From contig MCFH01000227.1 in the NCBI GenBank assembly GCA_002104945.1, forward strand, positions 1-13,583: 13,583 nucleotides of DNA, written 5' to 3'. Made by a program: the position numbers and the translations under genes. The notes beneath the pieces are model-generated. The model did not search any database and was not told where the DNA came from. It saw nothing but the letters and a program-made list of their open reading frames with translations. Of this stretch, positions 1 through 9,200 are shown piece after piece; positions within the stretch are counted from its first letter, which is position 1; each line of letters begins with the position of its first letter. This DNA comes from Piromyces finnis finn (Eukaryota; Fungi; Neocallimastigomycota).

Positions 1-826
1 GGTTTTTAAGTAGATACTATCTTTGTTGGTTATTATCACAAATTTAAATTTAGTAATAATATATCTATCCTATATTATTATGTTATATTTATCTATTATT
101 TTTTCAATAGTAGGATTATTTTGTTCATCATTTTTATATAATAGTTTAATAAAAAAATATATTATAATAAACTCATATCTATATAAAAATATTTTTAAAA
201 TATGTAATTAGAATGGAAAGGAATATTCTATTTAAAGTATAATATAGAAATGAAAGTTTAAATGACTATTTTATAATGTTATAAAAAAAAACTTGAAAAT
301 TTTTAAAATTAATGATTTTTTAATAATATGTAGAATTTTGTCATTCAATAAGTTTTCTCTTCAATTTTTTAAATCGATGTTTTAATATTTTTATGTGTGA
401 ATTAGGTATCCCATTGATAAAAAAAAATAAAAATAGCTTGTTAAATTTTATTTTTTATATTTTAAACTATGTCTTATAATAAGGACTTTAATTATTTGAT
501 TGATTTTTTACTTTAAAACTATAATTAAATATTGTAAAATTGAAAATAGAAAGGTTTTTAAAATTTAAACTCTAATGCTTTAAAAATGTTAAAATCGACT
601 GTGTAATATAGTTAAACCAAAATAAAGTTTAATGCTTAAAAACTTTCTATTAATTAATTTTCAAATAAACTACAATTGATTAATAAAAGTTAAATAGGTT
701 AAAAAATAGTTTAAAATCTTATTTATTTCGAAATTTGTATACCTTTATTTGTATTATTGGACTATTCTAAAAGAAATAGATGACACAAAAAAAAGTTAAA
801 AATTAAAGTATAAAAAATTCGTTTTC

Positions 827-847
827 TTTTTTTTTTTTTTTTTTTTT
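827..847 (+). promoter_or_regulatory. Poly(dT) tract ~100 bp upstream of the HMG ATG (mirror poly(dA) at 4596-4620); possible nucleosome-disfavouring promoter element
   Basis: T21 in the left arm versus A25 in the right arm. The regulatory role is inferred from the general behaviour of poly(dA:dT) tracts in fungal promoters. Confidence 0.35.
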
Positions 848-945
848 GTTTTTCTATTTATCTTTACTTTTTTTTAAAATAAAAAAAGAAAATAAATTAA
901 TAATTAATTAACTATATTTTTTTACCTTTTTATAATCCATTAATA

Positions 946-1288
946 ATGTTTTTCGATATTAATAACATTAATAATATTAATAATATTCATTATCAACAAT
1001 TTAATATGTTAAATACAAAGAATTCTAATAATTCCATTTTAAATCTTCAAAGTGGTAATTTCTCTGATGTGTTAGATCCAACTTTGATGAACTTTACTCA
1101 AAACAGTATTAAGAATATTCAGGTTACTTCCCAGCCAAATATTGTCTCTCCTCCTATTAATACTAACTACCTCTTTGATAATTTTGGTAATAACACTATA
1201 AAAATAATATATGACAAGAATAATTATCAAAATAATAATAATAATCAAGTGAATTACATTCCAGTTATTGATGCTAATAATATCAATC

Positions 1289-1334
<46 letters not shown>

Positions 1335-2541
1335 TATTGATTATGAAAATTTAGTCAATAATGAATTTACATTCAAAAATAACAATAATTATAATTATAA
1401 TAATTATAATGATTATTTAACTATTGTTAATGAGAATAATAATATTAATAACAATCAAATCTATATTAATCAAATTAATAATGACCAAATCAACAATCTA
1501 GTCAATTGCGATCAATTGAATTATAATCAAATTGTTAATTATCAAGTAATCAATAATAGTTTTATAAATTATGATCAAAATATTAATAATATTATTAATA
1601 TCAACAATAATATCAATAATAATATCAATAAGAATATCAATAATAATATCAATAATATCAGTATTGATGTTTATAAAAACGCTTTTAATAATAAAATTGA
1701 TTATTATAATTATTATTATATTCCATCTAATGAAAATGATGACTTTTCAAATGAAGTAAGAAAATTAATTCAACAAGCTTCAAATAGAATTGAAATATTA
1801 AGATTAGCAAAAGCAATGGATCAAGAATATCTTTTGTATTTTATGGAAGAATTGAATGATTGTGATGTTGAGTTTTGTTGAAAGATAAAGATATTTTACA
1901 AAAAATATCAACCATTTACACATCATTTATTTTAATGAAAAAAGAAAATATGGTAATAAAATACCTCGTCCATTAAATTGTTTTATGATTTTTAAAAAAT
2001 ACTTGACCTACTATTTTAAACAAAACAATGCAATTCATTATAATTATAAAATTTTAAATGGATATTTTGGAGAATTATGGAAATGTCAAAATGATGAGGT
2101 AAAGAACGCTTTTATTCACCGTCAGAACATTCATAAAATAATTCATCACTATGTGTATGTATATATTTATACAATTATGTATTTGTGTATTTATGTATTT
2201 TAATATTTAATTATAATAATATAATTAATTAAATATGATTATTAATAAAATTAAAATTATTAAATTAATAATATTTATTCTAATATATTTTTAATGGTAT
2301 CAAAATAACTCAACAGCTATAAAGGTTACAAGTTTATTCAAACCAAAGGCAAAATAAGCATGATTATAAGTTCATCATAAGTAAGGTGAAAAAGATGGTT
2401 AAAGAAAATAAAATGAAGAAATGCCTTAAATATTTAGAAATGATAAAACCTGAAGATAGAATAAAACATCGAGATGAAATTATCGAAATACTTAATTTTT
2501 TAAAGAAAAAATCTAAGCATTCAATATTTTCAAATTTATAA
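946..2541 (+). CDS. HMG-box (MATA/Sox-like, sequence-specific class) transcription factor, copy A, ~480 aa if repaired; Asn-rich N-terminus; interrupted by 1-nt indels and one intron
   Basis: ORF 946-1881 runs into a frame-shifted segment reading KIPRPLNCFMIFKKYLTYYFKQNNAIHYNYKILNGYFGELWKCQNDEVKNAFIHRQNIHKIIHHY (from 1958). This matches the HMG-box pattern (K/R)IPRPxNxF(M/I)xF...G..WK. After the intron it continues VYKGYKF. One further shift gives a basic tail ending ...KHSIFSNL* at 2541. The 3' end is less certain than the domain. Confidence 0.8.
1291..1329 (+). repeat. (AAT)13 coding microsatellite (poly-Asn); mirror copy at 4114-4152
   Basis: Read directly from the sequence; 13 units in both arms. 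Confidence 0.9.
1958..2335 (+). other. HMG-box domain coding segment (split by intron 2155-2316)
   Basis: The spliced translation W-K-C-Q-N-D-E-V-K-N-A-F-I-H-R-Q-N-I-H-K-I-I-H-H-Y-V-Y-K-G-Y-K-F places W1, K9, F12, H23, Y27, Y30, K31 and aromatic 32 in the same register as the SRY/Sox/MATA helix-3 motif WKxLxxxEKxxFxxxAxxxxxxHxxxYPxYKY. Confidence 0.85.
2155..2316 (+). other. Predicted spliceosomal intron (162 nt) in HMG gene copy A
   Basis: GTATGT donor at 2155, almost pure A/T body, a branch-like ataac at ~2305 and a CAG acceptor ending at 2316. Splicing joins gt+c = Val and restores the HMG C-terminal motif. Confidence 0.8.
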
Positions 2542-2901
2542 CTAAAAATTTAATATATAATTAAATTTAAAATTATATAATATTGAATTTAAGGTGATAA
2601 AAAAAAAGTTAAAAATTGAATATTTATTTTATGTTTGTATAATAAAAAATTACCTTGTAATACTTATATAATAAATAAATGAATACTTTTATATATTAAA
2701 GTTAAAAAAATAGTATTATTATATATATATTATATTTTTTTAACTTTAATAATAAAAGTATTCATTTATTTATTATATAAGATTTACAAGGTAATTTTTT
2801 ATTATACAAACATAAATAAATATTCAATTTTTAACTTTTTTTTTATCACCTTAAATTCAATATTATATAATTTTAAATTTAATTATATATTAAATTTTTA
2901 G

Positions 2902-4111
2902 TTATAAATTTGAAAATATTTGAATGCTTAGATTTTTTTCTTTAAAAAATTAAGTATTTCGATAATTTCATCTCGATGTTTTATTCTATCTTCAGGTTTT
3001 ATCATTTCTAAATATTTAAGGCATTTCTTTCATTTTATTTCTTTAACCATCTTTTTCACCTTACTTATGATGAACTTATAATCATGCTTATTTTGCCTTT
3101 GGTTTGAATAAACTTGTAACCTTTATAGCTGTTGAGTTATTTTGATACCATTAAAAATTATATTAGAATAAATATTATTAATTTAATAATTTTAATTTTA
3201 TTAATAATCTATTTATTAATTATATTATTTTATAATTAAATAAAAATAATAATAACACAAAATACATAATTTATAAATATATACATACACATAGTGATGA
3301 ATTATTTATGAATGTTCTGACGGTGAATAAAAGCGTTCTTTACCTCATCATTTTGACATTTCCATAATTCTCCAAAATATCCATTTAAAATTTATAATTA
3401 TAATGAATTGCATTGTTTTGTTTAAAATAGTAGGTCAAGTATTTTTTAAAAAATCATAAAACAATTTAATGGACGAGGTATTTTATTACCATATTTTCTT
3501 TTTTCATTGAAAATAAATGATGTGTAAATGGTTGATATTTTTTGTAAAATATCTTTATCTTTCAACAAAACTCAACATCACAATCATTCAATTCTTCCAT
3601 AAAATACAAAGATATTCTTGATCCATTGCTTTTGCTAATCTTAATATTTCAATTCTATTTGAAGCTTGTTGAATTAATTTTCTTACTTCATTTGAAAAGT
3701 CATCATTTTCATTAGATGGAATATAATAATAATTATAATAATCAATTTTATTATTAAAAGCGTTTTTATAAACATCAATACTGATATATTTTGATATATT
3801 ATTGATATTCTTATTGATATTATTATTGATATTATTGTTGATATTAATAATATTATTAATATTTTGATCATAATTTATAAAACTATTATTGATTACTTGA
3901 TAATTAACAATTTGATTATAATTCAATTGATCGCAATTGACTAGATTGTTGATTTGGTCATTATTAATTTGATTAATATTAGATTTGATTGTTATTAATA
4001 TTTATTATTCTCATTAACAATAGTTAAATAATCATTATAATTATTATAATTATAATTATTGTTATTTTTGAATGTAAATTCATTATTGACTAAATTTTCA
4101 TAATCAATATT

Positions 4112-4153
<42 letters not shown>

Positions 4154-4497
4154 GATTGATATTATTAGCATCAATAACTGGAATGTAATTACTTGATTAT
4201 TATTATTATTTTGATAATTATTTTCTTTATTATGTATTATTTTTATAGTGTTATTACCAAAATTATCAAAGAGGTAGTTAGTATTAATAGGAGGAGAGAC
4301 AATATTTGGCTGGGAAGTAACCTGAATATTCTTAATACTGTTTTGAGTAAAGTTCATCAAAGTTGGATCTAACACATCAGAGAAATTACCACTTTGAAGA
4401 TTTTAAAATGGAATTATTAGAATTCTTTGTATTTAAATATTAAATTGTTGATAATGAATATTATTAATATTATTATGTTATTAATATCGAAAAACAT
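2902..4497 (-). CDS. HMG-box transcription factor, copy B (mirror of 946-2541), broken by a different set of 1-nt indels
   Basis: ATG at 4497-4495. ORF-track fragments 4151-4375 and 3588-3926 are near-identical to parts of 946-1881. This copy reads ...ISTIYTSFIFNEKRKYGNKIPRPLNCFMIF in frame where copy A lacks a base. The stop mirrors 2539-2541. Confidence 0.78.
3129..3288 (-). other. Predicted intron (160 nt) in HMG gene copy B
   Basis: The reverse complement shows GTATGT starting at 3288 and CAG ending at 3129, mirroring the copy A intron. Confidence 0.75.
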
Positions 4498-6017
4498 TAT
4501 TAATGGATTATTAAAAAAGGTAAAAAAAATAGTTAATTAATTATTAATTTATTTTCTTTTTTTATTTTAAAAAAAGTAAGATAAAATAGAAAAACAAAAA
4601 AAAAAAAAAAAAAAAAAAAAGAAAACGAATTTTTTATACTTTAATTTTTAACTTTTTTGTGTCATCTATTTCTTTTAGAATAGTCCAATAATACAAAATA
4701 AAGGTATACAAATTTCGAAATAAATAAGATTTTAAACTATTTTAACCTATTTAAACTTTTATTAATCAATTGTAGTTTATTTTGAAAATTAATTAATAGA
4801 AAGTTTTTAAGCATTAAACTTTTTTGGTTTAACTATATTACACAGTCGATTTTTAACATTTTTAAAGCATTAGAGTTTAAATTTTAAAAACCTTTCTATT
4901 TTCAATTTTACAATATTTAATTATAGTTTTAAAGTAAAAAATCAATCAATAATTAAAGTCCTTATTATAAGACATAGTTTAAAATATAAAAAATAAAAAT
5001 TTAACAAGCTATTTTTATTTTTTTTTTATCAATGGGGATACCTAATTCACACATAAAAATATTAAAACATCGATTTAAAAATTGAAGAGAAAACTTATTG
5101 GAATGGACAAATTCTACATATTATTAAAAAATCATTAATTTTAAAATTTTCAAGTTTTTTTTTATAACATTATAAAATAGTCATTTAAACTTTCATTTCT
5201 ATATTATACTTTAAATAGAATATTCCTTTACCATTCTAATTACATATTTAAAAATATTTTATATAGATATGAGTTATTATAATATATTTTTTTATTAAAC
5301 TATTATATAAAATGATGAACAAAATAATCCTACTATTGAAAAATAATAGATAAATATAACATAATAATATAGGATAGATATATTATTACTAAATTTAAAT
5401 TTGTGATAATAACCAACAAAGATAGTATCTACTTAAAAACCAATTAATATTTAATAAAAAATGTTTATACATTTTTACTTATATTATAAATATAACAAAA
5501 GAAGAAAATTATAATGATATATACAGACTGTAATATAACTATATATTTTTAATTAATGTGTATTTTTTATTAAAATCTTTTATCTTTAAAGAAATTAGAA
5601 TAAATAATAAAAATATAAAAATGATTTCTGTTAGAATATATGAAATAAACATCTTTAACAAATTTTGTAAAAAAAATAAAAATTTATATATTATTTTAAA
5701 TTTAAATATTTTGTTTATAAATTTTCATGAAATGAATTATATATGGCTATACAATTTCTACCTTTTTGTAAATTATAAAATATATACTACTTAATTATGT
5801 ATTTTAAGGTTTGCTTATGAAAATTTTCCGATATTATAAAATAAAAGTAATCCAATAAAAATCAAAATTTTTTTTAAAAAGATAAAAACTATAATAATTA
5901 AAAAGTATTAAACAAAAAAATTTGGAGCTTTTAATATACATTTATCAATAGTGTAATTATTAGTATTATTGAAATAAATATATATATTTTTTTTTAAAAA
6001 AAAAAAAAAAAAAAAGC

Positions 6018-6236
6018 ATGAATATAGGAATTGAAGGACTTCTTTCAGGTATTAACGATATTTTTAAAGAAAATGACATTTCATATGAATTTGATGAAGA
6101 AGAACTTTGTGAAGCGCTAAAAGATGTAGATATAAATGATCATTTAAAAAGGAATTTTCTATTGATGCTCTATGCGAACAAGCAAATAATATAATAGAAA
6201 TAAGGAAGTATTATGCAATAATATTACTCCAGACAC

Positions 6237-6276
<40 letters not shown>

Positions 6277-9200
6277 TCAAATTATATTCAAAATTTTAAT
6301 GAATATATTGACTTACCAGATAACAGTACTCAGGAAATAAACTCTGATTTTGTAGATGAATTACATAATTATCAAACCATTAACACATATACAGATAATA
6401 TAATAATAGTTTACAATATGATAATATATCATCAAAGAATGATATGATTTTAGATAATCCTGAAATTGATTTGAACATATTTAAAAATAAAAAATGTTTT
6501 GAAACAATAAATAATGTGACAATTAATGATGGTACTATGCCTATGGATTTAGAAGATATCATGTTACAGGAAGAAGGAGAAAAAAAAGAAAAAGAAATAG
6601 AAATAGAAGAAGAAAAGAAGAAAAACAAGGGAAAAGAAAGAGAAGAGGAAGAACAAAACATTAAAAAGGAAAAAGAAAAGAATAAAAAGCAAAAGAATGG
6701 AAAAAGAAAAGGAAAAGAAAAAGAAAAAGACGATTATGATAAAATATATGAGGATATTAATCATTCTTTTCTATCCAAGAAGTGATTAAAAGACTTTCAA
6801 AAATTATTATCGAAGAAGGTGGTAAAAGCATGGCTGTAAACAAAAAAGATCATCCTTTATATCATGTACGAGAAAAAATAAAATCTTCGAAGAGCAATTG
6901 AAAAAAAGAGTTCATGAAATCCTTTTCTTGATTTGGAAGATTTTAATGATTCTGATTCAGAAGTGAGTGATTTGCCTTCAGACTTTTTTCACAAACCTGT
7001 TTTTAAAAAAAACAAAGGTAAACGTAATGAGAATGATTTTAAAGTAAGACTTGAAACACTTAAAGAAATTGATTATCAATAAATAGACTACATAGGAAAA
7101 TAGATCATCTCTATAAAAAAATAGATAAAGATTTAATTAGACTTGAAGTTTATACTCATAAATTTTATCAAACTCGAAATCCGAAACCAGATTTTCAATG
7201 CCTTATTAACTATATAAATAATGATCCATTTTTCAAAAATATGGAAAGAAGAATGATTGAAAGAAAAAACAGAATACCTGATTTAATAAAAGAATCAAAA
7301 GAAAAGTATAAGCAATCTCTTGAAATTTTTAATAGCCTTGTTACAGATATTTTTGATAATCAAAATGAAGCTGACTCTGTTTATAAACAATTAATTGACC
7401 TAGAATCTAATGAACTTTGTAAACGCGAAGAAATAAAAAAGAAAATAGTTTATATGAAACGGCCATTCGGGATAGAAAATAAAATTCCCTGTACGTTTTA
7501 TAAAGGCAAATAAAAATAAGCCATCAAATATTATGAAGAACCCTGGTGATATAAATAAATTTTCAATAATAAAACCAGTTTCGTTACCTAGAAATAATTA
7601 TCCATCAAATAAAATAAACTTTATCAAAAAGATTAAAACATCATCCAAAATAATGGACAAGACCATTGTTTTATTAAACCTATGCCAAGAAATAATTATA
7701 TGCCTAAATTAAAATTTCAGAGTACATCAAGAAACAGCATTGGTTTCAATTCTAATTTTATACATATAAATAATCAAATTCAAAGATATTTTCAAAACAC
7801 AACAATTCCATCTTTTCTTCTTCCTAATAATTTTAAAATACCTTTTAAACCAATTCATCTTACTATTCCTGGAAAGAATAATAAATTTATCTCTCTAGAT
7901 ATTTATACCGCTGATACTTTACCGCCAGAAATAAAAAAATTAATTAATAAAAAAAAGAAATCTAAAAAACCAATAATTCAGCTTCAAACGCTCATACATC
8001 AAATGCTCCATCTCGAAATAGGAGTAATACATCAACATCTTTTAATCATGGATCAAATATTAATAATAAAAGAGAAAAAGTGTTAGTAAACGTAAGAGTC
8101 ATTCAACATCTAATAATAATAGAAATGAAGCATCAACTTCAACATCACATAACAAAAACAATAGAAATGAAGCATCAACTTCAACATCACATAATAAATA
8201 CAATAGAAATGAAGCATCAACTTCATTATCTCATAATAAATACAATAAAGTGAAGCATCAACTTCAACATCACATAATAAATACAATAAAAGTGAAGCAT
8301 CAACTTCAACATCACATAACAAAAACAATAAAAGTGAAGCATCAACTTCAACATCACATAACAAAAACAATAAAAGTGAAGCATCAACTTCATCATCTCA
8401 TAATAAATACATAAAAGTGAAGCATCAACTTCAACATCACATAACAAAAACAATAGAAATGAAGCATCAACTTCAACATCACATAACAAAAACAATAGAA
8501 TGAAGCATCAACTTCAACATCACATAACAAAAACAATAAAAGTGAAGCATCAACTTCAACGTCACATAACAAAAACCTAATAAATACATTCACTAATTAT
8601 GGAATTGAAGCATCAACTTCAACTTCACATAATAAAAACCTAATAAATACATTCACTAATTATGGAATTGAAGCATCAACTTCAACTTCACATAATAAAA
8701 ACCTAATAAATACATTCACTAATTATGGAATTGAAGCATCAACTTCAACTTCACATAATAAAAACCTAATAAATACATTCACTAATTATGGAATTGAAGC
8801 ATCAACTTCAACTTCACATAATAAAAACCTAATAAATACATTCACTAATTATGAAAGTAAAGCATCAACTTCAACATTTCATAATAAAAATCTAATAAAT
8901 ACATTCGCTAATTATGAAAGTAAAGCATCAACTTCAACATTTCATAATAAAAATCTAATAAATACATTCACTAATTATGGAAGCGAAGTATCAACTTCAA
9001 CGTCACATAATAAATACAATAATAATCTAATAAATGCATTATCATACTATCAATACTCGTCAGTATCAAATCCACCTCCATATTATCCTATTCCTGAATT
9101 AGAAGATTCAAACAATAAATTTTACTACTCATATCAAAATAATAATACTTCAATGTCTCTTGATCAAAGTAACGGTTCATCTTCTCACAACTATCCGCAT

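Larger units (their letters stand above)
1..2712 (+). repeat. Left arm of a ~2.7 kb inverted repeat (giant palindrome); may extend beyond the window start
   Basis: 1-60 (ggtttttaagtagatactatctttgttgg...) is the exact reverse complement of the sequence ending at 5441 (...ccaacaaagatagtatctacttaaaaacc). The match held everywhere I checked through to the centre. Differences are mostly 1-nt indels in homopolymers. Confidence 0.97.
2733..5441 (-). repeat. Right arm of the giant palindrome
   Basis: tatttttttaacttta from 2733 pairs with taaagttaaaaaaata ending at 2712. The arm ends at 5441 because its partner reaches window position 1; sequence from 5442 on has no partner in the window. Confidence 0.97.

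Noticed and set aside
23-211. Short ORFs 23-211, 5558-5794 and 11689-11907
   Set aside because: I/L/F/N/K/Y composition expected from random AT-rich DNA, with no motif.
1571-1759. Ile-rich 62-aa ORF and its mirror at 3683-3871
   Set aside because: Alternate-frame reading of the AAT-rich part of the HMG gene.
1756-1890. GTAAGA at 1756 as an intron that would bypass the TGA at 1879
   Set aside because: The nearby AG acceptors (1872, 1884, 1890) do not restore the HMG frame, and the segment reads as well-formed helical protein sequence.
1-5441. Terminal inverted repeats of a transposon, Polinton or linear plasmid
   Set aside because: The arms abut each other with ~20 nt between them, leaving no internal cargo. 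There is no transposase, integrase or polymerase, and no target-site duplication can be assessed.
6380-6764. Minus-strand Phe/Ser-rich ORFs 6380-6661 and 6564-6764
   Set aside because: Antisense of the GAA/AAA-rich E/K segment.
8110-8593. Three minus-strand ORFs (LLCDVEVDAS / CYVMLKLMLHF repeats)
   Set aside because: Antisense shadows of the 42-bp array. They break at the same indels and have no unique flanking coding sequence.
8118-9017. CRISPR-like repeat/spacer appearance (constant ~26-33 bp core at regular spacing)
   Set aside because: The spacers are themselves repeated and only 9 or 30 bp long, unit lengths are multiples of 3 and encode an open frame, no cas genes are present, and the context is eukaryotic.
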